From: Christensenellales bacterium
Lineage (GTDB): Bacteria > Bacillota > Clostridia > Christensenellales > Aristaeellaceae
Direction of reading: 5' to 3'
NCBI GenBank assembly: GCA_045112195.1
Contig: JBGUHQ010000008.1
Location: 14,285 to 78,284, forward strand
Length of the DNA stretch: 64,000 nt
Translations under genes and position numbers: made by a program
The notes under the pieces: model-generated
Database searches by the model: none
Told to the model about the DNA's origin: nothing
What the model saw: only the letters and a program-made list of their open reading frames with translations
Shown: positions 26,319 through 36,138 of the stretch, piece after piece
How positions within the stretch are numbered: the first letter of the stretch is position 1
How the letters are laid out: the number at the start of each line of letters is the position of its first letter

Positions 26319-28046
26319 TTATTCAGCGGGGGTTACGTCGGTGGGCGTAGCGGCTTCCTCAGCAGGCGTTTCCTCTTCGGCGGGTTCTTCTTCGGGGATC
26401 CGCCAGGCTTCGCCTTCCGCGGTGTACTCAATCTTAGCCGCGGCAACCCACTCCGTGAGGGCGCTCTGAAATACTTCGTTCTCGGCTTCCGTATACAGGG
26501 AATCGCGGAACTGTTCTTTCAGCTCATCGGTCAGCTCAACCGCGCCGCCCTGGATGTCCTTCAGGTACTGGATGATATGGACACCGTACTGGCCAACAAC
26601 AGGCTCACTGACGTCGCCGATCTTTTCCAGAGCCATGGCGGCTTCCTTGAAGCTGCTGTCGTACATGATGCTGTCGTTATGGATGAGGTATCCGTTTGCG
26701 AGACCATCTTCGCTCTGCATACCAGGATCGGTGCCGTATTCTTTGATCAGGTCTTCAAAGGAGGTACCGGCTTCCAGCTTGGCTTTGATTTCGTCCACAG
26801 TGGGCTTCACACTGTCCAGGATGGCCTGCTCGGCGGCCTTGACCATTTCTTCGGTTACCGGTTCGGCGGTGGGTTCAACAGTGGGCTCGGCAGTGGGTTC
26901 GGCGTCAGCGGAGGCTGTTTCTTCAGGAGCGGCCTCTTCTGTTCCGGTGGATTCCGCTTCCTGCGCGGACTTCTGCTCCTCCAGGCGGGCGGACAGGTCT
27001 TTCCAGTCGTTCAGCAGGGTTTCATCCACAGGCAGCAGGATGTGGATCACGCCGCGGAACCCTTCCGGAATATAGTAGGAAGGCTGCCCGTAGTAGCTTG
27101 TATAGAATTCATAGGTGGGTACCTGGCCTTCGTAGGCTTCCTTATCATCCTGGACCAGGTCGTTATAGTACGCTTCGACTTCCTCGTCCGAAATGGTTTT
27201 TCCGTTCATGAGGGAAGCCCTTACGCGGCTTTCCACGAGATCCTCGGCAGCCACTTCGGTGTATTCGTTGGCGTAGATTTCCTCGGTATAGCCGTAAGCC
27301 AGCAGCAGGGCTTCCGCGTCCGCGCGGGCGGCGGCTTTTTCTTCGTCGGTGGATTCGTCGGTAATCACGCCCTGGTCGGCGATGATCTGCTGGATGATTT
27401 CTTCCCACTGCTCTTTGGCAGTGGCGGCCATCGCAGCCTTATCTTCGTCCGTTACGGTGTCCAGGCCGAGTTCGGCCGCCTTCTGTTTGACCAAGGCGGA
27501 CTGAACCGCGTTCAGCATGGAGTAGGAGCGGATGATTCCGACCGTGCTCTCTTCGGTCGGATCCATGCCGTAGTTCTGGGCGGCATAAACATACTGATCA
27601 TACGCGTAGAGCAGATCGGTATTGTTGGACCAGATTTCCTCGCCGTTGACGGTGGCCAGCAGGACCGGGGGCGTTTCGGTGGGGACCTCAGTGGGTTCTT
27701 CAACCGGCGCTTCCGTGACATCCGCGGACGCGCTGTTCAGGGCCTCTTCGGTGGGTTCCTCGGCAGGCGCTTCGGTAGGTGCTTCGGTGGGTTCCTCTGT
27801 AGGCGCTTCAGTGGGCTCCTCAGTGGGTGCTTCGGTAGACTCTTCTGTGGGGGCCTCAGTGGGCTCTTCGGCCGGCGCTTCAGTAGCTTCCTCAGCAGGC
27901 GCTTCAGTGGGCGCTACGGTTACTTCGGGCGTCGCAGTGGCTGCAGGCTCATTCTTCTGGCTGCAGCCGGAGATCAGGCAGACGACGAGCGCCAGCACGA
28001 CCAGCAGCGCGATCCGAACGATGGTATTGCGTGTTTTGGTGGACAT
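26319..28046 (-). CDS. PrsA/SurA-like peptidyl-prolyl isomerase lipoprotein with Pro/Thr/Glu/Ala-rich linker
   Basis: Lipobox LISGC. (PTEEPTEA)n linker. Parvulin-type segments FRGVIHILLP and GQYGVHIIQYL. Start ATG 28046 has AAGGAGGAA 6 nt upstream. Confidence 0.75.
   Translation of the reverse strand: MSTKTRNTIVRIALLVVLALVVCLISGCSQKNEPAATATPEVTVAPTEAPAEEATEAPAEEPTEAPTEESTEAPTEEPTEAPTEEPTEAPTEAPAEEPTEEALNSASADVTEAPVEEPTEVPTETPPVLLATVNGEEIWSNNTDLLYAYDQYVYAAQNYGMDPTEESTVGIIRSYSMLNAVQSALVKQKAAELGLDTVTDEDKAAMAATAKEQWEEIIQQIIADQGVITDESTDEEKAAARADAEALLLAYGYTEEIYANEYTEVAAEDLVESRVRASLMNGKTISDEEVEAYYNDLVQDDKEAYEGQVPTYEFYTSYYGQPSYYIPEGFRGVIHILLPVDETLLNDWKDLSARLEEQKSAQEAESTGTEEAAPEETASADAEPTAEPTVEPTAEPVTEEMVKAAEQAILDSVKPTVDEIKAKLEAGTSFEDLIKEYGTDPGMQSEDGLANGYLIHNDSIMYDSSFKEAAMALEKIGDVSEPVVGQYGVHIIQYLKDIQGGAVELTDELKEQFRDSLYTEAENEVFQSALTEWVAAAKIEYTAEGEAWRIPEEEPAEEETPAEEAATPTDVTPAE
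27745..27915 (-). repeat. in-frame 12/24-nt tandem repeats encoding the PTEE/APTE linker
   Basis: Repeated ggtgggttcctc / ggcgcttcagt units on the plus strand. Low-complexity coding sequence. Confidence 0.7.
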
Positions 28047-28088
28047 ATCGGGTTCCTCCTTACTGTTGATCACGAATCAACTTTCCAT

Positions 28089-28117
28089 ATTATACACAAA
28101 ACAGGAGGGCGGTTCAA
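28089..28117 (-). promoter_or_regulatory. promoter of the PPIase gene
   Basis: Minus strand TTGAAC-17 nt-TATAAT with TGTG upstream of the -10 element. Confidence 0.5.
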
Positions 28118-28178
28118 TGAGTCGTTTGTGAACTTGCTGTGAACAATGCAAAGCCGAGTCTCCGGACTTTTGAACCCC

Positions 28179-28207
28179 TTGCCACAAACCTGGATATGGC
28201 ATAAAAT
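28179..28207 (+). promoter_or_regulatory. promoter of the HD-GYP gene
   Basis: TTGCCA-17 nt-TAAAAT. Confidence 0.45.
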
Positions 28208-28255
28208 GGAACGGCCCGGAGGCTCCGTAAGCGGGAAACCGGGCGGAGGTGAAAA

Positions 28256-30043
28256 ATGGGCAGCGTAAATCCCATTGTGCTGTATTATGATATCGCCCTG
28301 GTGGTTTCCATTGTGCTGACAGGCATCTACCTGTTCATGTGGCACAAGCATTTTGACGCGCATATTACCCTGATCTTTTTGCTGGTGCCGCTGATGTGCC
28401 TGGGCTATGTGCTGCGGGCCCATTCCACCGCGCTGTCCGAGGCCCTGGCGGCGAACAAGCTCATTTATCTCGGCGCCTGTTACCTGCAGCTGATCGTCCT
28501 GCTGGCGATCTTTAATCTGGGTGAAATCCGGGCAGGCAAGGCCGGACGATACATCAAAACGGTGGCCTTTGCGATCTGCACCGCGATCTTTGTTTATGTC
28601 CTGAACCCCATGCAATCCGGGGATTTCTACAAGAATACAGCCCTGGAATTCCACAACGGGCTGCCGGTCCTGGTCAAGGAATACGGCTGGATGCATACCG
28701 TGTTTGAGGTAATGGTCCTCGTATACTACCTGCTGAGCATCGTGACAATCCTGTACTGCCTGTTCCGGAAGAACCAGGTATCCCGGAAGATTCTGGGGCT
28801 GCTGCTTTTCCCGGAGACCCTGGCCGTGGCGGCCTTCTTCCTGGGCAAAATGGCGGGCGGGGACGCGGAACTGCTGCCTGCCGTCTATGTCATTGCCCAG
28901 ATCAATTACCTGATCATTGTGGCCCGGATTTCCCTGTACGATATTACGGATACGGCGATCGATTCCCTTGTGAAAAACGGAGATACCGGGTTTATTGCCG
29001 TGGACTTCAACCATCACTATCTGGGCAGCAACGAAACCGCGAAGGAGATTTTCCCGATTCTCCGGAAACTGACGGTGGACCTGTCCGTCCGGCGGCGGAA
29101 GTCGTTCAGCGACCTGGTGACGCCCTGGCTGGAAACCTATCAGCAGGACAGAAACAGGAACACAGCGGATTATGAAAAAGACGACAAGATCTACCGGATT
29201 ACGATTTCTCCGCTGTACAACGGCCGCCGGGAAAGAGGCTACGAGCTGACTGTTACGGACAACACCCAGGACCGGCGGTTTATCAGCCTCCTGAACAGAA
29301 TGGTGGAGGAAAAAACCGGACAGCTGCAGGATATGTATACGCGACTGATCAGGGGTATGGGTGACATGGTGGAAAGCCGTGACAAATCAACCGGCGGGCA
29401 TATCAAGCGGACCAGTGAAGGTGTGAAGATCCTGCTGGGTGAAATGCGCAAATGGGAATTCCCGGAATTGACAGACAAGTTCCGGGACAACCTGATCAAC
29501 GCCGCACCGATGCATGACTTGGGCAAGATCACCGTGCCGGACGCGATCCTGAACAAACCGGGACGGTTTACGCCGGATGAATATGAAAAAATGAAGGACC
29601 ATGCCGCGAACGGCGCCAGGATCATCCATAAGCTGTTGGACGGAACGGACGAAGCCTTTCATGTGATGGCGGAAAGCGTGGCCCAGTTCCACCATGAGCG
29701 CTGGGACGGCAAAGGCTATCCGGACGGCCTGAAGGGGGAGGAGATCCCGCTTGAGGCCCGGATTATGGCGGTGGCTGACGTGTATGACGCGCTGGTTTCC
29801 AAGCGCGTGTACAAGGAAAGAATGTCCTTTGAAAAAGCCGACGCGATCATGATGGAAGGCATGGGCAGCCAATTCGCACCGGAAATGAAGGATGTCTATT
29901 GCCGGGCCCGGCCGAAACTGGAAGCATATTACCTTGAGCAGGAAAGACTGGAGACCGAAAGGGAAGCGGAACACCAGGCCAGGATGGAAGCGGAACGGGC
30001 GGCGGAACGCAAAACGGAAAAAGAAAGGGACCAGGCTGAATGA
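28256..30043 (+). CDS. membrane-bound HD-GYP domain c-di-GMP phosphodiesterase
   Basis: N-terminal polytopic domain, HDLGK, HHERWDGKGYPDGL. Confidence 0.85.
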   Translation: MGSVNPIVLYYDIALVVSIVLTGIYLFMWHKHFDAHITLIFLLVPLMCLGYVLRAHSTALSEALAANKLIYLGACYLQLIVLLAIFNLGEIRAGKAGRYIKTVAFAICTAIFVYVLNPMQSGDFYKNTALEFHNGLPVLVKEYGWMHTVFEVMVLVYYLLSIVTILYCLFRKNQVSRKILGLLLFPETLAVAAFFLGKMAGGDAELLPAVYVIAQINYLIIVARISLYDITDTAIDSLVKNGDTGFIAVDFNHHYLGSNETAKEIFPILRKLTVDLSVRRRKSFSDLVTPWLETYQQDRNRNTADYEKDDKIYRITISPLYNGRRERGYELTVTDNTQDRRFISLLNRMVEEKTGQLQDMYTRLIRGMGDMVESRDKSTGGHIKRTSEGVKILLGEMRKWEFPELTDKFRDNLINAAPMHDLGKITVPDAILNKPGRFTPDEYEKMKDHAANGARIIHKLLDGTDEAFHVMAESVAQFHHERWDGKGYPDGLKGEEIPLEARIMAVADVYDALVSKRVYKERMSFEKADAIMMEGMGSQFAPEMKDVYCRARPKLEAYYLEQERLETEREAEHQARMEAERAAERKTEKERDQAE

Positions 30044-30191
30044 TCAGTCCGGTCTTTCTATGCCAACCCGTCCGTTGCATCCGATAACCTGCCAGGAGTA
30101 CCAGATATCATCCTGGTCCAGCTTCAGAAATACTTGGATGATGCGGGATGCCTTGAGCCCGGTTTTCCTTCTGAGCCTCTTTTTCCCGTGG

Positions 30192-30220
30192 ATGATAAAT
30201 CCGTTTTTCTTTGGTATAAT
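30192..30220 (+). promoter_or_regulatory. candidate extended -10 promoter of MATE gene
   Basis: TGGTATAAT. Weak -35 (ATGATA). Confidence 0.35.
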
Positions 30221-30256
30221 AGGTTCACTGATCGGAACGACGGTTCGGAGGAAGAC

Positions 30257-31615
30257 ATGCAGATCGACAACCACGCTTTTTACGCCAAGCTGAGAAAGCT
30301 GGCCACGCCTATCGCGTTCCAGAGCCTGATGCTGGCGGCGGTGGCCGCCGGGGATGCCCTGATGCTCGGCAGCGTTGCCCAGAACGAGATGACGGCGGTT
30401 TCGCTGGCCACGCAGATCCAGTTTGTCCAGAATATGTTCCTGATGGCTGCGACGGCTGCCGGGTCGATCCTGGGCGCCCAGTACTGGGGCAAGGGCGACC
30501 GGGAAACCGTGCGGACCCTGTTCAACATGATGCTGCGCTGGTGCGGCGTGATCTGCCTGGCCTTTTTCTCCGCCTGTGAACTGTGTCCGGATCTGCTGAT
30601 GCGGATGTTCTCCCATGATCCGGTGATTATCGGGATCGGCAGCGACTATCTGCGGATTGCCGGTTTTTCCTACCTGATTACCGGCGTCTCCCAGTCCTAC
30701 CTGACCGCCATGAAGGTTACGGACCATGTGACGCCCAGCGCCTGGATTTCGTCCTCGGCGGTGGTGTCAAACATCGCCCTGAACGCGGTGTTCATCTTCG
30801 GCCTGCTGGGCGCGCCTGCCATGAACGCCCGGGGTGCAGCGCTGGCGACAACGCTGGCACGGGTGATCGAGCTGGGACTGTGTATCGGGGTTGCCTCCGG
30901 GAAGACCTATCTTCGTCCGGCCTGGGACCGGTTCTTTGAAAAACAGAAGCTGCTGGCTGCCGATTTCCGTCGCCAGTGCCTGCCCCTGCTGGGCGGCGGC
31001 CTGCTCTGGGGAGTCGGCTTTACGTCCTATACGGCGATCATGGGCCATATGGGGACGGACGCTGCCGGCGCCAACGCCGTGGCGGCGGTGGTCCGGGACC
31101 TGATCTGCTGCGTGTGCAACGGCGTGGGCAGCGCGGCGGGCATCATGGTGGGAAACGAGCTGGGCAACGGCGAGCTGGAAAAAGGCAAAGCGTACGGGAT
31201 CAAGCTCAGGAATATCTCCTATGTGATCGGTTTCGCTTCCACGGCGGTGGTGCTCGCTTTGACGCCGCTGGTTGTGCAGATGGTGATTCTGACGGAGGAG
31301 GCGCAACAGTATCTGACCGGGATGATGGTCATCATGGCGGTGTATATGATCGGCCGCTGCGTAAATACGGTGACGATCAACGGCGTGCTGGACGGCGGAG
31401 GCGACACGGTTTTCGATATGTATTCCCTGGCGGTATGCATGTGGGGCATCGCCATCCCGCTGGCGCTGCTGGGCGCTTTTGTATTCAACTGGCCGGTGCT
31501 GGTGGTCTATGCCTGCACCTGCCTGGACGAAGTGGGTAAGATTCCCTGGGTGATGATCCGGTTCCGGAAATACAAGTGGGTCAAAGACCTTACGAGGGAC
31601 CGGACGGAAAACTGA
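30257..31615 (+). CDS. MATE family efflux transporter
   Basis: 12-TM profile. N-terminus LRKLATPIAFQSLMLAAVAAGDALMLG is typical of the MATE/NorM family. Start ATG 30257 after GGAGGAAG. Confidence 0.85.
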   Translation: MQIDNHAFYAKLRKLATPIAFQSLMLAAVAAGDALMLGSVAQNEMTAVSLATQIQFVQNMFLMAATAAGSILGAQYWGKGDRETVRTLFNMMLRWCGVICLAFFSACELCPDLLMRMFSHDPVIIGIGSDYLRIAGFSYLITGVSQSYLTAMKVTDHVTPSAWISSSAVVSNIALNAVFIFGLLGAPAMNARGAALATTLARVIELGLCIGVASGKTYLRPAWDRFFEKQKLLAADFRRQCLPLLGGGLLWGVGFTSYTAIMGHMGTDAAGANAVAAVVRDLICCVCNGVGSAAGIMVGNELGNGELEKGKAYGIKLRNISYVIGFASTAVVLALTPLVVQMVILTEEAQQYLTGMMVIMAVYMIGRCVNTVTINGVLDGGGDTVFDMYSLAVCMWGIAIPLALLGAFVFNWPVLVVYACTCLDEVGKIPWVMIRFRKYKWVKDLTRDRTEN

Positions 31616-31650
31616 TTGCCCGGCCGCCCGGAAACAACCGATACAGATTC

Positions 31651-31677
31651 CTGCCGGACATCCGGCAGGTGTTTTAT
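31651..31677 (+). terminator. intrinsic terminator of MATE gene
   Basis: CCTGCCGGA-cat-CCGGCAGG-TGTTTT. Confidence 0.55.
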
Positions 31678-31680
31678 ATG

Positions 31681-31709
31681 TTGATAGGACATAAGCATGA
31701 TGATATAAT
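31681..31709 (+). promoter_or_regulatory. promoter of the PP2C sensor gene
   Basis: TTGATA-17 nt-TATAAT. Confidence 0.5.
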
Positions 31710-31792
31710 AATATAAATATATCCATTAACCCGGAAAACCGGGAAATCTGTTCATCTGTTGATAAACCAGCACAGCCAATGGGGTGACGTGA

Positions 31793-33955
31793 TTGAAAAA
31801 ATTCGGAAAACTTGTATTCGGCGGAATCGAGAGCAAGATTATCGCGCTGATCGTCGTGGCGATGCTGCTGATCGCGGGCGTTTTCTTCGGCTTTATTCTG
31901 ACGCAGTACAATACGCTGACGGAGCTGACGGAGGAAACGACCGAAAAGCAGCTGGCTTCCATGACCGGGATTACCGGAACGGTGATCGATTCGGTGATAT
32001 ACCAGAGCATGGACAGCTCCATGGAGAAGGAAGCGCAGGTTTCGGACCAGCTGTTCCGCGACAGCGCGATCCGCGTACGGATGACCGGAGAATACGCGAA
32101 GAAACTGCTTGACGATCCGGACGGCGTTCCGCGGCAGTCCTGGTCCAGGCCGGACGCTTCGAAAGACGGGCAGCTGTTTGTCAAGGTGCTCCTGGCGGAC
32201 GGCGTGGAGGAAGCTGACGTGAGCGACAGGCTGGGCGTACTCGCAAACCTGTCGGATATGATGGTTTCGATCTGCAACGCCTACGGGGCGGACAACGTCT
32301 GGTTTTCTGTGCCGGAAGGCGCCACGCTGATGGCGGACACCGTTCCGGGAAACTGGATCAATGAGGACGGGTCCTACGTTTCCTACAACGCTCCGGACCG
32401 GTACTGGTACAGGCAGGCCGCGGAGGCGGGCACGCTTGTGTTCTCCGACGTGGAAATCGACAAGCGGACCGGACAGATGTGCGTTACCTGCGCGATGCCG
32501 GTATACGGCAGGGACGGAACGCTGCTGGGTGTGGCCGGCACCGATCTGTACCTGACGGAGATGCAGCGCACGGTTGCCTCGGCGGGGGAAAACGGCGGAT
32601 TCCTGATGGCCGTCAACCAGGACGGCCACGTGGTCATCGCGCCGGAAGGGCAGGGCGCGTTCCGCGTGCTGATCTCTTCCGAGGCCAGCGACTTGCGCGC
32701 CTCGGGCAACCGGGACCTCGCGGCGCTGGTTACGGACGCGCTGCGGCAAAAGACGGGCGTGCGCAGCGTTCCGCTGGTCGACGGTAACTACTATATGGTC
32801 GGCGTTCCTATGGAGACGGCCGGTTGGGCGCTGATCGCGGCATACAGTGAAGAACTGGCGGAACAGCCTATCCGGACTCTGGAGGAAAACCACAAGCAGA
32901 TCCAGCAGGAAGCCACATCCACTTTCCGGGAAAAGATGGGAAAGCGCAACACGGTTACGCTGCTGGTGCTGATTATCCTGCTGGCCCTGATGCTGGGCGG
33001 CGCCCTGCTTGCCGGCAAGAGAATCGTCAAGCCCCTGAACAGCATGACGCGACAGATTGCCCGGCTTGGAGAAGGCAATCTGGAGTTTAAAATGAAGGAC
33101 TCCTACCGGACCGGCGACGAGGTCCAGGTGTTGGCGGAATCCTTTGCCACCCTGTCGCACAAGACGGTGGAATATATCGAACAGGTGAAAACCGTGACCG
33201 CGGAGAAAGAACGAATCGGCACGGAACTCCACCTGGCCCAGCAGATTCAGGAAGGAATGCTTCCCAGCGTCTTCCCGCCTTACCCGGAACGGATCGAATT
33301 CGACCTGTACGCCTCCATGAACCCCGCCAAAGAAGTGGGCGGCGACTTCTACGACTTCTTCCTGATTGACGACGATCATCTGGCGCTCGTCATGGCGGAC
33401 GTCAGCGGCAAGAGCGTGCCCGGCGCGCTGTTCATGATGGTTTCCAAGGCGATCCTGAAGAACAATGCGATGATGAGCAAATCCGCCGCGGAGATCCTGA
33501 CCGTGACGAACGAGACGATCTGCTCGAACAACAAGATGGAAATGTTCGTGACGGTGTGGCTGGGTATCCTGGAGATCAGCACAGGCAGGATTATCGCCTC
33601 CAACGCGGGGCATGAATACCCGGTGGTCTGCCGGAAGGGCGGAAACTTTGAGGTGTTCAAGGACAAACACGGATTTGTTGTCGGCGGATACGAAGGCGTA
33701 AAATACAAGGAATATGAACTGGACCTGCAGCCGGGTGATAAGCTGTTCCTGTACACAGACGGCGTGCCCGAAGCTACCGACGCCAACAAGGAACTGTTCG
33801 GAACACAGCGGATGCTCGACGCGCTGAACAGCCATAACGGCAGCCCCGCGGAAGTGCTGCGCGGCGTGCTGGAAAGCGTAAATGAATTTGTCGCTACGGC
33901 GGAGCAGTTTGACGACCTGACCATGCTGTGCCTGGAATACAAGGGAAAACAGTAA
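31793..33955 (+). CDS. Cache-HAMP-PP2C (SpoIIE/RsbU-type) sensor serine phosphatase
   Basis: TM, then an extracytoplasmic Cache-like domain, a second TM and a HAMP domain. PPM domain follows (GGDFYDFF, ADVSGKSVPGALFMM, LYTDGVPEA). TTG start. Confidence 0.85.
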   Translation: MKKFGKLVFGGIESKIIALIVVAMLLIAGVFFGFILTQYNTLTELTEETTEKQLASMTGITGTVIDSVIYQSMDSSMEKEAQVSDQLFRDSAIRVRMTGEYAKKLLDDPDGVPRQSWSRPDASKDGQLFVKVLLADGVEEADVSDRLGVLANLSDMMVSICNAYGADNVWFSVPEGATLMADTVPGNWINEDGSYVSYNAPDRYWYRQAAEAGTLVFSDVEIDKRTGQMCVTCAMPVYGRDGTLLGVAGTDLYLTEMQRTVASAGENGGFLMAVNQDGHVVIAPEGQGAFRVLISSEASDLRASGNRDLAALVTDALRQKTGVRSVPLVDGNYYMVGVPMETAGWALIAAYSEELAEQPIRTLEENHKQIQQEATSTFREKMGKRNTVTLLVLIILLALMLGGALLAGKRIVKPLNSMTRQIARLGEGNLEFKMKDSYRTGDEVQVLAESFATLSHKTVEYIEQVKTVTAEKERIGTELHLAQQIQEGMLPSVFPPYPERIEFDLYASMNPAKEVGGDFYDFFLIDDDHLALVMADVSGKSVPGALFMMVSKAILKNNAMMSKSAAEILTVTNETICSNNKMEMFVTVWLGILEISTGRIIASNAGHEYPVVCRKGGNFEVFKDKHGFVVGGYEGVKYKEYELDLQPGDKLFLYTDGVPEATDANKELFGTQRMLDALNSHNGSPAEVLRGVLESVNEFVATAEQFDDLTMLCLEYKGKQ

Positions 33956-33995
33956 AACCAAACCGGCGGAAGCCGATTCGCAGGAGGAATGGAAC

Positions 33996-35228
33996 ATGAC
34001 GACCCAACCCAGGAAGAAATTAGCCTTGTCCACCCAGATCTTTATCGCCCTGGTGCTCGCGATCGGCGCGGGCATCGCGCTGACCGGAAACCCGGACTTC
34101 GCGAAGACGTACATCAAACCCTTCGGTACGATCTTCCTGAACCTGATCAAATGGATCGTCTGCCCGCTGGTGTTTTTCTCCATCATGGCCGGCGTGATTT
34201 CCATGAAAGATATTAAAAAGGTCGGCATGATCGGCGGGAGGACCGTGCTCTACTATCTGTGCACAACCGCTTTCGCGGTGGCCATCGGCCTGCTGTTCGC
34301 CAACCTGCTCAAGGGGATTTTCCCGGTGATATCCACCGCGGAACTGTCCTACGAGCCTTCCGCCACCTCCGTCAACTTTATGGACACGCTGGTGGGGATT
34401 TTCCCGTCCAACTTCATCAAGCCTTTTGTGGACGCGAATATGCTGCAGATCATCGTAATGGCGCTGATCGTCGGCTTTGCCCTGATCCTGATCGGACCGC
34501 GGATCAACCAGGAATTCTATTTCGTGAACACCTGCAACGACATGTGCATGAAAGCCATGGAAATGATCCTGAAGCTGTCCCCGATCGGCGTGTTCTGCCT
34601 GCTGTGCCCGGTTGTGGCAGAGAACGGCCCGGCGGTGCTTGGATCCCTGGCGATGGTGCTGTTGGTGGCTTATCTCTGCTATATCGTCCACGCGGTCGTG
34701 GTCTATTCCACGGCGGTCAAGACAATGGGCGGGCTGAGCCCGATCAAGTTTTTCAAGGGCATGATGCCCGCAATCATGATGGCCTTTTCCTCCGCTTCTT
34801 CCGTGGGAACGCTGCCCCTGAACATGGAATGCTCCGAAAAGCTGGGCGCGGATAAAGAGGTCACCTCCTTCGTACTGCCGCTGGGCGCGACGATCAACAT
34901 GGACGGCACGGCCATTTATCAGGGCGTATGTGCCGTGTTCATCGCCTCCTGCTTCGGCATCAATCTGAGCTTCTCCCAGATGCTGACGATCGTGCTGACT
35001 GCTACGTTGGCGTCCATCGGTACGGCAGGCGTGCCCGGCGCCGGTATGGTTATGCTGGCAATGGTGCTGCAGTCTGTCGGCCTGCCGGTGGAAGGCATCG
35101 CACTGGTCGCGGGCATCGACCGGATCTTTGATATGGGCCGTACGGTTGTGAACATCACCGGCGACGCATCCTGCGCGATTATCGTTTCCCGGATGGAACG
35201 CCGCAGGATGGAAAAGAAAGGCGCATAA
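33996..35228 (+). CDS. dicarboxylate/amino acid:cation symporter (DAACS family)
   Basis: Sequence typical of the GltP/SstT family (SSASSVGTLP, GATINMDGTA, NITGDA). Confidence 0.9.
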   Translation: MTTQPRKKLALSTQIFIALVLAIGAGIALTGNPDFAKTYIKPFGTIFLNLIKWIVCPLVFFSIMAGVISMKDIKKVGMIGGRTVLYYLCTTAFAVAIGLLFANLLKGIFPVISTAELSYEPSATSVNFMDTLVGIFPSNFIKPFVDANMLQIIVMALIVGFALILIGPRINQEFYFVNTCNDMCMKAMEMILKLSPIGVFCLLCPVVAENGPAVLGSLAMVLLVAYLCYIVHAVVVYSTAVKTMGGLSPIKFFKGMMPAIMMAFSSASSVGTLPLNMECSEKLGADKEVTSFVLPLGATINMDGTAIYQGVCAVFIASCFGINLSFSQMLTIVLTATLASIGTAGVPGAGMVMLAMVLQSVGLPVEGIALVAGIDRIFDMGRTVVNITGDASCAIIVSRMERRRMEKKGA

Positions 35229-35257
35229 GAAAAGAAGCTGACAGGGAGGCTTTTACT

Positions 35258-35686
35258 GTGTTTTCTTACATCTGGCCGGTTGCGCTGGTGGTGATTTCCA
35301 ACACGCTGTACCAGGTCTGCGCAAAATCCGTTCCGGAAGGAATGAATCCGCTGGCGTCGCTGACGGTCACGTATCTGATCGGAGCCGTTGTTTCCTGCGC
35401 GCTGTATTATGTGCTGAACCGTGACGCGAACCTGGTCCGTGAGCTCCGGCTGACGAACTGGGCACCGATTATCCTGGGCGTCGTGATCGTCGGTCTGGAG
35501 GTCGGGTTCATCTATGCCTTCCGTGCCGGGTGGCAGGTCGGTACGACCCAGATTATTACGTCCGCCGTGGTGGCCGTTCTCCTGATTTTTGTGGGATATC
35601 TGCTTTACCACGAGGCGATTACCTGGAACAAGATCGCCGGGATCATCATCTGCCTGGCCGGGCTTGTCCTGATCAATATCCGCTAG
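35258..35686 (+). CDS. small EamA/DMT-type membrane protein
   Basis: 142 aa with 4-5 TM helices. GTG start after GGGAGG. Confidence 0.55.
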   Translation: MFSYIWPVALVVISNTLYQVCAKSVPEGMNPLASLTVTYLIGAVVSCALYYVLNRDANLVRELRLTNWAPIILGVVIVGLEVGFIYAFRAGWQVGTTQIITSAVVAVLLIFVGYLLYHEAITWNKIAGIIICLAGLVLINIR

Positions 35687-35753
35687 ACCGCAAACCGGAA
35701 GCTCCAGGGACAGAGAGACCGTTTCGGTACAAAGCTTTATTTCAGCATAAGAA

Positions 35754-35783
35754 ATGCCCTGCAGGCGTTGACCTGCAGGGCAT
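35754..35783 (-). terminator. terminator hairpin downstream of the tRNA pair
   Basis: Perfect 12-bp stem ATGCCCTGCAGG-6 nt-CCTGCAGGGCAT. On the minus strand it is followed by UUCUUAU. Confidence 0.5.
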
Positions 35784-35791
35784 AAAAAAAG

Positions 35792-35864
35792 CAGCTCCGA
35801 CGGGATTCGAACCCGTGTTTCAGCCTTGAGAGGGCCGCGTCCTAGGCCTCTAGACAACGGAGCC
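35792..35864 (-). tRNA. tRNA-Glu (anticodon CUC)
   Basis: Reverse complement GGCTCCGTTGTCTAGAGGCCTAGGACGCGGCCCTCTCAAGGCTGAAACACGGGTTCGAATCCCGTCGGAGCTG folds as a cloverleaf. Anticodon loop CT-CTC-AA. TPsiC loop GGTTCGAATCC. No encoded CCA. Confidence 0.9.
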
Positions 35865-35877
35865 AGAAAAAGAAAAG

Positions 35878-35948
35878 CTGGGGAACTAGGATTCGAACCT
35901 AGACAATACGAGTCAGAGTCGTAGGTGCTGCCGTTACACCATTCCCCA
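35878..35948 (-). tRNA. tRNA-Gln (anticodon CUG)
   Basis: Reverse complement TGGGGAATGGTGTAACGGCAGCACCTACGACTCTGACTCGTATTGTCTAGGTTCGAATCCTAGTTCCCCAG. Acceptor TGGGGAA/TTCCCCA. Anticodon loop CT-CTG-AC. Confidence 0.9.
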
Positions 35949-35969
35949 TCGGCGTTAGCCGCAAGCGGT

Positions 35970-35998
35970 ATTATAACAGAGCATATGATGCATGTCAA
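35970..35998 (-). promoter_or_regulatory. consensus promoter of the tRNA-Gln/tRNA-Glu unit
   Basis: Minus strand TTGACA-17 nt-TATAAT. The -10 ends about 21 nt before the tRNA-Gln 5' end. Confidence 0.6.
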
Positions 35999-35999
35999 G

Positions 36000-36038
36000 C
36001 AAAAAACCCCGGAAACTTTTGAAGAGTTTCCGGGGTTT
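36000..36038 (-). terminator. intrinsic terminator of gltX
   Basis: Minus strand AAACCCCGGAAACT-7 nt-AGTTTCCGGGGTTT-TTTG. Confidence 0.6.
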
Positions 36039-36056
36039 GGTTTTCAAGAAATGACG

Positions 36057-36112
36057 CCCTTCGGGGGAGATCCTTCGACGCGACCTGCGGTCTTGCTCAG
36101 GATGACACCGGG
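36057..36112 (+). repeat. mosaic REP-like dispersed repeat, copy C (module 1)
   Basis: CCCTTCGGGGGAGATCCTTCGACGCGACCTGCGGTCTTGCTCAGGATGACACCGGG. Shares GGGA(G)ATCC...CTC(A/G)GGATGACACCG with copy A and CCTTCGGGGGA with copy B. Confidence 0.5.
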
Positions 36113-36138
36113 AAGGTAAGCAAGGTGGTGGGATTCGG

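Noticed and set aside
30044-30230. Tail of minus-strand ORF 30044-30727 (…GFIIHGKKRLRRKTGLKASRIIQVFLKLDQDDIWYSWQVIG…), which looks protein-like in an AT-richer spacer. Possible relic of a mobile-element gene.
   Set aside because: There is no start codon or RBS in the spacer. The rest of the ORF is antisense to the MATE gene, and I recognise no motif. It could be a relic but cannot be supported.
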